Assembly: GCA_016217735.1 (NCBI GenBank)
Contig: JACRGQ010000052.1
Coordinates: 1,838 to 65,837 of the forward strand
Reading direction: 5' to 3'
Origin: Nitrospinota bacterium
Lineage (GTDB): Bacteria > Nitrospinota_A > UBA7883 > JACRGQ01
Length of the DNA: 64,000 nucleotides
The position numbers and the translations under genes were made by a program. Below are positions 18,243 through 26,890 of this stretch, in pieces (positions within the stretch are counted from its first letter, which is position 1; each line of letters begins with the position of its first letter). The notes under the pieces were generated by a model. The model saw nothing but the letters and a program-made list of their open reading frames with translations, had not been told where the DNA came from and searched no databases.

Positions 18243-19370
18243 CTACGGGCGGACGGGGGTTTCGGCGTAGAGCGCCAGCACCTTTTTCATGACCGCGTCT
18301 TTGGCGTACCGTTCCAGCGCGCCGGGGAGGTTTTCCCGCGCTTTGTTTTTCGCCCCTTCCATGTCGTTCAGCACACGGATGATTCCTTCCGCCAGCGAGG
18401 CGTGGTCTTTCGGTTCAACCAGCGTGCCGTATTTGCCATAGCCGAGCTGTGCGGGGGTGCCGCCGGCGTTGGTGCCGATGATCGGAATGGCGCAGAGTTC
18501 GGCCATCATCATGCTGGTGGAACAGGTCTCAAAGTGGGAAGGGGAGAGGAACACATCGAAGCAGTTGAGCACGCGTGCCTGCTCCGCTCCGCGCTGGTCG
18601 CCCAAAAACTTCACCTTGCCGGCAATGTCAAGCCGCGTGATCTCATCTTCCAGCCGCTTTTTTTCGCCGCTATCGCCGGCGTGGACGGTTTCATCCCCCA
18701 CCAGCAGCAAGCGCGCCTCCGGATGCTTTGCCAAAACGGCGGGCATCGCCCGCACCGCCTCCATCTGTCCTTTGAGCGCGTCAAGCCGCCCTAAAATGCC
18801 GAGCACGCGGTCGTTCGCGCTGAAGCCGAGGTTGTTTTGGCGGAACGCCTCGTCACGGGCCGGGCGGTAGATGCCGGTATCGAGGCCGTAGGCCACTATG
18901 CTTAATTGATCCTCCGTTATCGGCAGGTTTTTGAGGGCCGCCTCGCCCAGCACCGGCGAGCAGACGAATATTTTGCTGATGTGGCGGTATTCAAACCGAT
19001 GATAGAGGTCTTTCTTCGGGCCGGGGACGAACATCTGGAGCCAGAGGAATACTTTTATGTCCCGCAACAATGTGGCGACGGGGATGACCAGCCCCAGGTC
19101 CTCGGTGTGTGTTACCTGAACAACCTTGAAGCCGTGAGACCGGATGATCCGCCGGAGTTCAATCATCACCCGGAGGTCGGCGTACGCGATGATCTTTTGG
19201 AACGCAATATGCGGAATGCCGTTAGCCGCGAGTTCGCGCTCAATCGGGAATCCCTTGCGGCAGACGAACAGCATCTCGTGCCCGGCGCGGTGCAGGTTGA
19301 CGGCGAGGTCGTAAGAGTTCTTTTCCAGCCCCCCCCACGAGCGGGAGAAATTAATGTGGAGCGATTTCAT
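18243..19370 (-). CDS. Glycosyltransferase family 4 (GT-B, group 1)
   Basis: C-terminal GT1 domain with the E-x7-E region. Start at the internal Met (MKSLHINFSRSWGGLEKN), which removes the Arg-rich N-terminal extension. Confidence 0.75.
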   Translation of the reverse strand: MKSLHINFSRSWGGLEKNSYDLAVNLHRAGHEMLFVCRKGFPIERELAANGIPHIAFQKIIAYADLRVMIELRRIIRSHGFKVVQVTHTEDLGLVIPVATLLRDIKVFLWLQMFVPGPKKDLYHRFEYRHISKIFVCSPVLGEAALKNLPITEDQLSIVAYGLDTGIYRPARDEAFRQNNLGFSANDRVLGILGRLDALKGQMEAVRAMPAVLAKHPEARLLLVGDETVHAGDSGEKKRLEDEITRLDIAGKVKFLGDQRGAEQARVLNCFDVFLSPSHFETCSTSMMMAELCAIPIIGTNAGGTPAQLGYGKYGTLVEPKDHASLAEGIIRVLNDMEGAKNKARENLPGALERYAKDAVMKKVLALYAETPVRP

Positions 19371-19375
19371 CGGTG

Positions 19376-20734
19376 TCAGGCGTCCGCCGGGCGGTAGCCA
19401 ATGCCGGCGTATTCGATGGAGGCAAAGTTTTCTTTTTTCAGCATTCGGCGGGTGTCGACCAAAAATGCGCGTTTCATGAGTGATGTCAGTTCGGGGGCGC
19501 TTATTTCCTTGAACTGCTCCCAGCGGGTTATGATGACGGCGGCTTCCGCGCCATGGACGGCATCGCGCCACGAGGGGGCATGGGCCAGCGTTTCGCAACC
19601 GGGATATTTATTGAATTCGCTTTTCACTATCGGGTCGAAGGCCGTTACCGCCGCGCCTTGCCGCAGCAGTTCGCGCACCAGCGGGATGGCGGGGCTTTCG
19701 CGCGTGTCGTCGGTTTCCGGCTTGAAGGCGAGCCCCAGCACCGCGATTTTTCTTCCGCTGAGGTTCCCAAGCCGGTTTGTTACCAGCGATACAATTTTGA
19801 AGGGCTGCGCTTCGTTGACACTTGTGATCTGATCCAAAATGCCCTGCCCCATCCCCTTGTGGTGGGCGAAGGCGGCCAGCGCTTTGACATCCTTGGGGAA
19901 GCAGCTCCCCCCGAAACCGCAACCGGCTTCGAGATAACTCAATATACCGGGGTTCACCCTCTTGCCGGCCACCACCGGGTTGAGGCGGTAATCAAGGTGT
20001 ACCCCTTTCATCACATCGCGTATATCGATGCCGCCGATGGCGCTGGCGAGGTTGGCGATTTCATTCGAGAAGGAGATCATCAACGGCAGCAGGGCGTTGG
20101 CGGTGTACTTTATCATTTCAGCGGTGCGGGGATTGGTTTCCACTACCGTGGCGGAAGTCCACGCGTGTACCTGCCTCATCTTCTCCAGCGTTTTTGGGTC
20201 GGTGGCGCCGATAATGATGCGGTCGGGGTTCATGAAATCTTCGATGGCGCTCCCTTCGCGCAAGAACTCGGGACTGGAGCAGAGGCCGAATCCGGTTCCC
20301 GCTTTAAGGCCCGATTCTTTTTCAAGGATGGGCAGCACCACCGTTTCGGTGGTGGTGGGCACCACCGTGCTTTTTACCGTGATCACCGGGTAAGGCCCGG
20401 CGGTATGCAGCAGGCGGCCCAATTCCGCGGCGGCGGCCTTTACATAGGTAAGGTCTATCTCTTTGCCGTCAAAGGGGGTGCCAACCGCGAGGAAAATGAC
20501 CTCGGCGCCGGTGATGGCCGCCGCCAAATCGGTGGTGGCGGAGAGTCGTCCGGCGGCGCGGGTTCGTTTGAGAAGTTCTTCAAGGCCTTTTTCGTGGATC
20601 GTGGGTGTTCCCGCGTTTATTTTGTCGACGATCTGTTGGGCCTTGTCCATGCAGATGACGGTGAAGCCCTTGTCAGCCAGACATGCGCCGGTGACCAGTC
20701 CCACATAGCCGCTGCCGACAACTGTTATTTTCAT
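19376..20734 (-). CDS. ugd: UDP-glucose 6-dehydrogenase (nucleotide-sugar dehydrogenase family)
   Basis: MKITVVGSGYVGLVTGACLA Rossmann N-terminus, a catalytic Cys region (GFGGSCFPKD) and a 452-aa length typical of Ugd. Confidence 0.8.
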   Translation of the reverse strand: MKITVVGSGYVGLVTGACLADKGFTVICMDKAQQIVDKINAGTPTIHEKGLEELLKRTRAAGRLSATTDLAAAITGAEVIFLAVGTPFDGKEIDLTYVKAAAAELGRLLHTAGPYPVITVKSTVVPTTTETVVLPILEKESGLKAGTGFGLCSSPEFLREGSAIEDFMNPDRIIIGATDPKTLEKMRQVHAWTSATVVETNPRTAEMIKYTANALLPLMISFSNEIANLASAIGGIDIRDVMKGVHLDYRLNPVVAGKRVNPGILSYLEAGCGFGGSCFPKDVKALAAFAHHKGMGQGILDQITSVNEAQPFKIVSLVTNRLGNLSGRKIAVLGLAFKPETDDTRESPAIPLVRELLRQGAAVTAFDPIVKSEFNKYPGCETLAHAPSWRDAVHGAEAAVIITRWEQFKEISAPELTSLMKRAFLVDTRRMLKKENFASIEYAGIGYRPADA

Positions 20735-20737
20735 TGA

Positions 20738-21850
20738 TTATTTTCCCATTTTAATCTGCGCACTATACCACAGCAGCGCGCGGCGCAGCCCTTCGCCAAG
20801 GCTCACTTTGGGATTGTACCCCAACAGGCGGCGGGCCTTTTCGATGGAAGGGCGGCGCCGGTCGGGATTATCCACCAGATAGTTTTTGTCCTCGCTCGTC
20901 CCGGTGATGAGTTTAAGCCCGCCGATGCCGAGTTCGCGTTCGGCTACATTCAGAAGCGTGAGCGCCATGTTACGTATGGAGATTTCCGGCGTTTCGATGC
21001 CAATGTTAAATGACTCGCCGTTATGGTTGGACAGCAACATCAGAAGGTAGCCGCTGATGGCATCGGCTATGTAGCAAAAGGTGCGGGTGGGGGAGCCGTC
21101 GGAAAGCATCACGATGTTTTGGCCGTTTAAGATGTTCTTGCAAAAGTCGGGGATGACCCGGCGGTCATCGATTGAAAGGCCCGGCCCGTAGTTGTTGAAC
21201 GGGCGGGCGATTTTCACCGGCACGCCGCGGGACTGGTGGAAATTCACGCAGAGCGTTTCGCCGTAGCGTTTCGATTCGTCGTAGCAGGCGCGCGGGCCGG
21301 TGCAGGAGACAAGGCCGCGGAAATCCTCTTTGGTCGGGATGAATTCAGGGGGCGGGTCGCCGTAGATTTCGCTGCTGGAGAAAAAGAGGAAACTCTTGAG
21401 CGGCCGGGCCGATTTCATTTTTACCGCCGCGTGGTCAAGCAGGATGCGCAGGCCGATAACGTTGGCATCCATCGTTTCGATGGGGTATTGGCGGTAATAC
21501 ATGGGGGAGGCGATGGATGCGGCGTGGATGATGTAGTCGATTTCCCCCAGCGCGGCGGGATCGAATTGCGTGATGTCCGCTTTCACCGTGCGGATGGCGC
21601 CGCTTCGCTCAAACGGCGCAAGCCACGGAGGGACGCCCCGGATGAAGTTGTCCAGGCAGATAACGCGGCATTTATTTTTCAGCAGCGTGGCGTTTGCGTG
21701 GGCGAAGAAATTGATGAGGTAATAACCCAAAACACCGGCGCCGCCGGTGAGGAGGATGGTGGCGTCTTCCAGTTGTTGAATGCGTTCCCCCAGCGCGTCC
21801 GCGATTTCTTGCATATCGTTCGAGACAATGGTTGTATCCGATGTAGGCAT
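20738..21850 (-). CDS. Extended SDR epimerase/dehydratase, UDP-glucuronate decarboxylase (UXS/ArnA C-domain)-like
   Basis: TGGAGVLG nucleotide-binding motif. The catalytic YDESKRYGETL matches the UXS YDEGKR motif. Adjacent to ugd. Confidence 0.6.
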   Translation of the reverse strand: MPTSDTTIVSNDMQEIADALGERIQQLEDATILLTGGAGVLGYYLINFFAHANATLLKNKCRVICLDNFIRGVPPWLAPFERSGAIRTVKADITQFDPAALGEIDYIIHAASIASPMYYRQYPIETMDANVIGLRILLDHAAVKMKSARPLKSFLFFSSSEIYGDPPPEFIPTKEDFRGLVSCTGPRACYDESKRYGETLCVNFHQSRGVPVKIARPFNNYGPGLSIDDRRVIPDFCKNILNGQNIVMLSDGSPTRTFCYIADAISGYLLMLLSNHNGESFNIGIETPEISIRNMALTLLNVAERELGIGGLKLITGTSEDKNYLVDNPDRRRPSIEKARRLLGYNPKVSLGEGLRRALLWYSAQIKMGK

Positions 21851-22391
21851 ATTCCCGTTTTCCGTGGAAGGTTTAGCGCGACGTTAAAACTGGTTGATTA
21901 TAGCCCGAATAAAAGGATCTCTTCAATCGGCGAACACCGCGCTTCAGACGGGAAAGGCCGCAATGGCGGCACAGACCCGGTTCACGTCGTCGTCGTTTAG
22001 GCCGGTGTGCAATGGAAGCGACAGCCACTTCCCCACCCGGCGGAACCATCGCCTGCACCGCAAGGTGTACCGGCGCCGTGCCGCTGTTCATGGTGGCGAC
22101 ATTGGCGGGAGGCACGCCCAAAAAGGCGGCGGCCTCTTCGGCGCCGACGATTGAGCGGGAAAGACGGATTTTGCTCTTCATTCGCGACAGTCTATACCGG
22201 CGCATGCCCACGCCGAAACATTCAGGATGATGGGTGAGTACTGAAGTGCATCAGGCCGGTGCAATGTTTTATCTCACCAATGACACGGTATTGCACGGAT
22301 TGCGTTACATGAAATAGCTAAGTCTTTGTTAAGAAGCGGCGTCAGCTTGGCTCATAAATTGCATAAATTTTATGGATGGGGTATGTTCGGG

Positions 22392-22419
22392 TTGATATTT
22401 TTAAGGGCCGGTATATAAT
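22392..22419 (+). promoter_or_regulatory. Sigma70-like promoter (TTGATA-N16-TATAAT) upstream of the first sensor kinase
   Basis: Read directly from the sequence within an AT-rich intergenic region about 70 nt upstream of ATG 22487. Confidence 0.4.
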
Positions 22420-22486
22420 TATTATAAATGAGACTTTAAAGGTAGAATAAGTAATTTTTGGTCGTTGTGTGGGCGGAGGTGAATTC

Positions 22487-24646
22487 ATGAAATTTGCCAC
22501 AAAGCTGACATTGCTGTTTTCAGGACTTTTCCTGATTCTCTGTCTTTTTATAACGGCCATCGTCACCTCTTCAAGCACCGGTATTCTCGAACGCACCATC
22601 CAAACCCAGATGGAACGCCGGACGGCGGAAAAAATGGACAGGATCGACAAATATCTTTTTGAGCGGAACCTGGATACCAAGATGATGTCGACCGATTCCG
22701 TCTTAAAATCGAAAAATCCTTCTCCGGATCTCATTGCGGCCCGGTTAAAGGAACTTTCAAAAAACAGCGGCAGTTACATTTCGCTCTCTCTTTACGATAT
22801 GTCCAGAAAAAGGATTGTCGACACGTTGGGTCTGAATGTGGGAAAAATCCATTCGCTGTCTGAATACTGGCCCGACATCGAATCAGGCAAAGATGCCGCT
22901 TTCGACATGTATTATTCCGATTCTCTCCAACTTCCCTTATTCCACTTTGCGAAGGTCGTAAAAAATGAAGCTGGCGCGCGCGAGGGAGTTCTGGTGGCAA
23001 CGGTATCCACCGAATGGCTGGATGAAATCGTGAAGATCACGGCGATGCCGGAGATAAAAGTGGAGATAGTGAACAGAAACGGGCTGGTGATCTATTCCAG
23101 CTACGATCCGAACAGCATCCTGAAGGAACGCTCAATTTACTGGGAATATATAAAGGCCCGGATTGAGCGGGGAACCATGAGTAAAGGTTCCCGCATACGG
23201 ATTTCCGGCATGGAAGAGGAAATCGTGATCTACGGCCAGGGAAAAGGGTACAAAGATGACACGGGGCACGGATGGACCCTTATAGCCCATGTGCCCAAAG
23301 AAGTGGTTTTCGCGCCAGCCATCGAATTGCGGAACCGCCTGATAATCATCATGTCCATAATCGGCGGCTTCAGCCTGCTGGCGGTGCTGCTCTTTGCCCG
23401 CACCGTAGCAAGTCCCCTTATCAAGCTGAGCGCCGCCGCCGAGGAAATTGGCAGGGGTAACTTGGACGTGAAAGTGGCGGTTGATTCCAACGATGAGGTG
23501 GCAGTGCTGGCAAAGAATCTTAACGCGATGGCGAAAAATCTTTCCGCCTCCCGCACGGCGCTGGAAAAAGCCAAGGAAGAGGCGGAAGAGGCGACAAGGC
23601 TGAAGGATAAATTTGTCACGCTCGTGTCGCATGACCTGCAAACGCCGCTTGTCGGCATGCTGGGAATGATGCATCTTCTTCAGGAACAGCCGGAAATACG
23701 GCCTGAAAGCCGGCATTTTATTGTTCAGGCTGTTCAAGGCAATAAGCGGATGTTGCACATGATAGACCAACTGCTTGACATCAATCGCATCCGGTCGGGA
23801 AAGTTGCAGTTGAAATTGCGCTATTGCAGCGGTACCAATATTGTCCGGGATGCTGTGGCAACCGTTGAAGGCATGGCGGCGGAGAAGGGGATCGCCATAC
23901 AGAATATGGTGCCGGACAAGACGATGGTGATCGCCGATCCCGTTTTTTTGCAGCAGGTTTTTTGCAACCTGCTGACCAATGCGGTCAAATTCAGCGGGCC
24001 GGGGAAAGCCGTGACCATCAAATATTCCCCCGGTAAAAGCATGGTTTTTAAAGTTGAAGACAGCGGCGTTGGCATCCCTCCCGATTCCATAAAGAAGATA
24101 TTCAGCTATCACGAAAAGACATCGACACATGGAACGCGGGGAGAGGCCGGCAATGGCTTTGGCCTTCCCCTTTCCGCCGACATCATGGAGGCGCTCAATG
24201 GCAAGTTGAAAGCGGAATCCCGGCCGGAAGGCGGCGCCTCTTTTTCCGTCATTTTGCCAAATCCCGTGCCAAAGATACTTATTATGGAAAGCAGCGCCGG
24301 TTCATGCGATGCGTTGAAGGGTTTGCTGGAGGAACGGGGATTCACGGTGACGGCCAGCCCCCACGCCCTTAAAATCCTGGAAATGCTGAAAGGGGAACGG
24401 TTTGACTTTCTGCTGGTGCAACTCTCCGGCACAAAGGAGACCGGGGCCGAGCTTTTTCGGTTGGTCGCCCGTGATAAGACGTTGGAAGGGATGCCGGTGT
24501 TGGCGATAGATGATGGCAAATGCAATGATGATTCAAAATTAATCAAGGGCTGTGAAACTATGGCTCGTGGCGCCACGGAGACCGCGGCGGTTATCGAGAG
24601 AATATGCTCCGTGCTTATGGGCGAGGGTTCGACACGGAAGGGGTAA
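22487..24646 (+). CDS. Hybrid sensor histidine kinase HK1: TM-periplasmic Cache-like domain-TM-HAMP-HisKA-HATPase-degenerate receiver
   Basis: Two TM helices flank an approx 270-aa periplasmic domain. HAMP, H-box VSHDLQTPL, N/G boxes and a C-terminal REC-like domain lacking the acidic pocket and phospho-Asp (IMESSAG, FLLVQLSG). The GC content is well below the flanking DNA. Confidence 0.8.
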   Translation: MKFATKLTLLFSGLFLILCLFITAIVTSSSTGILERTIQTQMERRTAEKMDRIDKYLFERNLDTKMMSTDSVLKSKNPSPDLIAARLKELSKNSGSYISLSLYDMSRKRIVDTLGLNVGKIHSLSEYWPDIESGKDAAFDMYYSDSLQLPLFHFAKVVKNEAGAREGVLVATVSTEWLDEIVKITAMPEIKVEIVNRNGLVIYSSYDPNSILKERSIYWEYIKARIERGTMSKGSRIRISGMEEEIVIYGQGKGYKDDTGHGWTLIAHVPKEVVFAPAIELRNRLIIIMSIIGGFSLLAVLLFARTVASPLIKLSAAAEEIGRGNLDVKVAVDSNDEVAVLAKNLNAMAKNLSASRTALEKAKEEAEEATRLKDKFVTLVSHDLQTPLVGMLGMMHLLQEQPEIRPESRHFIVQAVQGNKRMLHMIDQLLDINRIRSGKLQLKLRYCSGTNIVRDAVATVEGMAAEKGIAIQNMVPDKTMVIADPVFLQQVFCNLLTNAVKFSGPGKAVTIKYSPGKSMVFKVEDSGVGIPPDSIKKIFSYHEKTSTHGTRGEAGNGFGLPLSADIMEALNGKLKAESRPEGGASFSVILPNPVPKILIMESSAGSCDALKGLLEERGFTVTASPHALKILEMLKGERFDFLLVQLSGTKETGAELFRLVARDKTLEGMPVLAIDDGKCNDDSKLIKGCETMARGATETAAVIERICSVLMGEGSTRKG

Positions 24647-24720
24647 ACACCATGGAATATGCATCCCTTGCGGTTCTTGCCGCGGACGATTTTGCCGCAC
24701 ACTCGGAGTGAAGGGCGAAT
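23560..24720 (+). repeat. Duplicated transmitter module + junction, copy A (pairs with 25750-26890)
   Basis: Direct repeat of about 1.1 kb at roughly 80-90% nt identity, spanning HisKA-HATPase-pseudoREC and the short downstream junction. Confidence 0.7.
24652..24711 (+). pseudogene. Vestigial 5' fragment (19 codons) homologous to the start of the REC-GHKL gene at 29050
   Basis: AACACCATGGAATATGCATCCCTTGCGGTTCTTGCCGCGGACGAT aligns at about 38 of 45 nt with AAGCACCATGGAACATGCAGCCCTTACGGTTCTTGTCGTGGACGAC at 29041-29090. It encodes MEYASLAVLAADD versus MEHAALTVLVVDD. Confidence 0.6.
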
Positions 24721-26830
24721 GAAGATACAACCGGCATCGGCAAAAATCAAAACAAGGATAACATTCCTCGTTATAACCCTGCTGGTGCTTTCTTTGGCGG
24801 CCATCGGCGTCAGCAACTATGTTCTCTACCGCATCGCGCTGAACCAGGCGGGCGAGATGCTTGGGTATACGACAAAAAGCAACGCGCTTTTTTTTGAGTA
24901 TTCCTTCCGTCATCTGGAAGAAGAAGCCAAGCATTCCGGCGTCCCTTATAGTGTTGATCACGCCCTCGCGCTTTACCGCGAACGCTTGAAAGCCGGCGTC
25001 GTGTTCGGCGAGACGGGGGAGAGCGTCATTGCGCGGCGGGAGGGAGATTCAATCCGCTTCTTTGTGCATAACCGGCTCAAGAATTCCGGCGCTCCCGTTG
25101 TTATTCCGTTCGATTCGAGCGGCACGGCAAAGCCGATGAAACTGGCGTTGGCCGGAAAATCGGGGACGGCAATAACCACCGATTACCGCAACATCACGGT
25201 GCTGGCGGCATACGAGCCGCTTCCCGCGATGAACCTCGCGATCGTAACCAAGATGGACCTTGCCGAGATACGGGAACCCTTTTTAAAAGGGGCCGCGCAA
25301 TTATTCTTTGTAATTTTTGTCATTATCATTGGCGGCGCATTCGTCTACCTCAAAGTCATCACGCCGTTGATACCGCTCCTTATGGAGAGTGAAGAACGGC
25401 TGATGACGCTTGTTAACGGCATCGATGAATCGCTGCTTTTTATCGACCCCGCCGGAAAGGCTCTCATAGTCAATGAAACCGCCGCCAATCGAATGGGCCA
25501 ATCCCCCTCCGAACTGATCGGGCATGATGTTTTCAGTTTTTTTCCACCGGAGATCGCGGCCTCAAGGCGGAGGAAATTAGGGGAGGCGCTGGAAACCGGC
25601 AAGGCGGTGCATTTCGATGATGAGCGGAATGGGCGTCATTATCATAACTCGTTTTTTCCGGTGATGGACGATACGGGACGAAACATCGTTTCGATCGTTA
25701 TCCATGCCCGCGACGTCACCGAGCAGATTAATGCGAAAAATGAAATCCTGGCGGCGAAGGAACAGGCGGAAAAGGCGACCCGGCTGAAGGATAAATTTGT
25801 CATGCTCGTGTCGCATGACCTGAAAACACCGCTTGTCGGCATGCTGGGAATGATGCAGCTTCTTCAAAAACGAACGGGAAACCCGGAGGACAACAGGCAT
25901 TGCATCGATCTGGCGGTTCAATCCAACCAGCGGATGATACGGATGATAGACCAACTGCTTGACATCAACCGCATCCGGTCGGGGAAGCTGCATCTGAAAT
26001 GCCGCTATTGCGATGGCTCCGGCATTGTCCGTGAGGCCGTGGCGATTGTTGGGGACATGGCGGCCCAGAAAGGAATTACCATGCAAAACATGGTGCCGGA
26101 CAGGACTATGGTGATTGCCGATCCCATTTTTCTACAGCAGGTTTTTTGCAATCTGCTGACCAACGCGGTCAAATTCAGCGGGCCGGGGAAAGCCGTGACC
26201 ATTAAGTTTTCCCCGGGTGAAAAGATGGTTTTTGCCGTTGAAGACGACGGCGTTGGCATCGCTCCCGATCTCATGAAGAGCATATTCAGCTATCACGATA
26301 AGACATCGACCCGCGGAACGCATGGAGAAGCCGGAACGGGTTTTGGCCTTCCCCTTTCCGCCGACATCATGGAGGCGCTCAACGGCAAGTTGAAAGCCGA
26401 ATCCCGGCCGGAAGGCGGCACCTCTTTTTTGGTTATTTTGCCAAACCCCGCGCCAAAGCTCCTTATCATGGAAAGCAGCGCCGGTTCATGCGATGCGTTG
26501 AAGGGTTTGCTGGAGGAGCGGGGATTTACGGTGACGGCCAGCCCCCACGCCCTTAAAATTCTGGAAATGTTGGAAGAGGAGAGGTTCGATTTCCTGTTGG
26601 TGCAGCTCTCCGGCATAAAGGAGACCGGTACCGAGCTTCTTCGTTTGGTCGCCCGCGATCAATCGCTGAGGGGGATGTCGCTGCTGGCGATAGGGGATAG
26701 CGTATGTTACGGAAAAAATGGGGCTGATAGCGATATTAACGATATAATGAATTGCGGCCCGGAAACCGCGGCGGTTATCGAGCGAATATACTCCGTGCTA
26801 ATGGGCGAGGATTCGACATGGAAGGGATGA
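24719..26830 (+). CDS. Hybrid sensor histidine kinase HK2: TM-periplasmic domain-TM-PAS-HisKA-HATPase-degenerate receiver (tandem paralogue of HK1)
   Basis: Distinct N-terminal sensor (shorter periplasmic domain plus a cytoplasmic PAS). The transmitter and pseudo-receiver are about 80% identical in amino acids to HK1 and highly similar at the nucleotide level. ATG 24719 follows GGAGTGAAGGG. Confidence 0.8.
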   Translation: MKIQPASAKIKTRITFLVITLLVLSLAAIGVSNYVLYRIALNQAGEMLGYTTKSNALFFEYSFRHLEEEAKHSGVPYSVDHALALYRERLKAGVVFGETGESVIARREGDSIRFFVHNRLKNSGAPVVIPFDSSGTAKPMKLALAGKSGTAITTDYRNITVLAAYEPLPAMNLAIVTKMDLAEIREPFLKGAAQLFFVIFVIIIGGAFVYLKVITPLIPLLMESEERLMTLVNGIDESLLFIDPAGKALIVNETAANRMGQSPSELIGHDVFSFFPPEIAASRRRKLGEALETGKAVHFDDERNGRHYHNSFFPVMDDTGRNIVSIVIHARDVTEQINAKNEILAAKEQAEKATRLKDKFVMLVSHDLKTPLVGMLGMMQLLQKRTGNPEDNRHCIDLAVQSNQRMIRMIDQLLDINRIRSGKLHLKCRYCDGSGIVREAVAIVGDMAAQKGITMQNMVPDRTMVIADPIFLQQVFCNLLTNAVKFSGPGKAVTIKFSPGEKMVFAVEDDGVGIAPDLMKSIFSYHDKTSTRGTHGEAGTGFGLPLSADIMEALNGKLKAESRPEGGTSFLVILPNPAPKLLIMESSAGSCDALKGLLEERGFTVTASPHALKILEMLEEERFDFLLVQLSGIKETGTELLRLVARDQSLRGMSLLAIGDSVCYGKNGADSDINDIMNCGPETAAVIERIYSVLMGEDSTWKG

Positions 26831-26890
26831 ACAACATGGAACACGTCCCGTGGCCAAATTTCCGCATACTCAAAGGAGTTCGATAATTTA
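25750..26890 (+). repeat. Duplicated transmitter module + junction, copy B
   Basis: See copy A. For example GACCTG(C/A)AAAC(G/A)CCGCTTGTCGGCATGCTGGGAATGATGCA is shared by both copies. Confidence 0.7.
26836..26886 (+). pseudogene. Second, shorter vestigial fragment of the REC-GHKL gene 5' end (MEHVPW...)
   Basis: AACAACATGGAACAC after the HK2 stop matches AGCACCATGGAACAT at the HK3/REC-GHKL junction, then diverges. Confidence 0.45.

Noticed and set aside
19553-20737. 394-aa ORF antisense to ugd
   Set aside because: Same reasoning. The ugd frame is unambiguous.
24659-24718. N-terminal 20-codon extension of HK2 as given by the ORF track (MHPLRFLPRTIL...)
   Set aside because: The extension lies over the fossil REC-GHKL fragment in another frame. 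ATG 24719 has a proper RBS (GGAGTGAAGGG) and begins a signal/TM segment.
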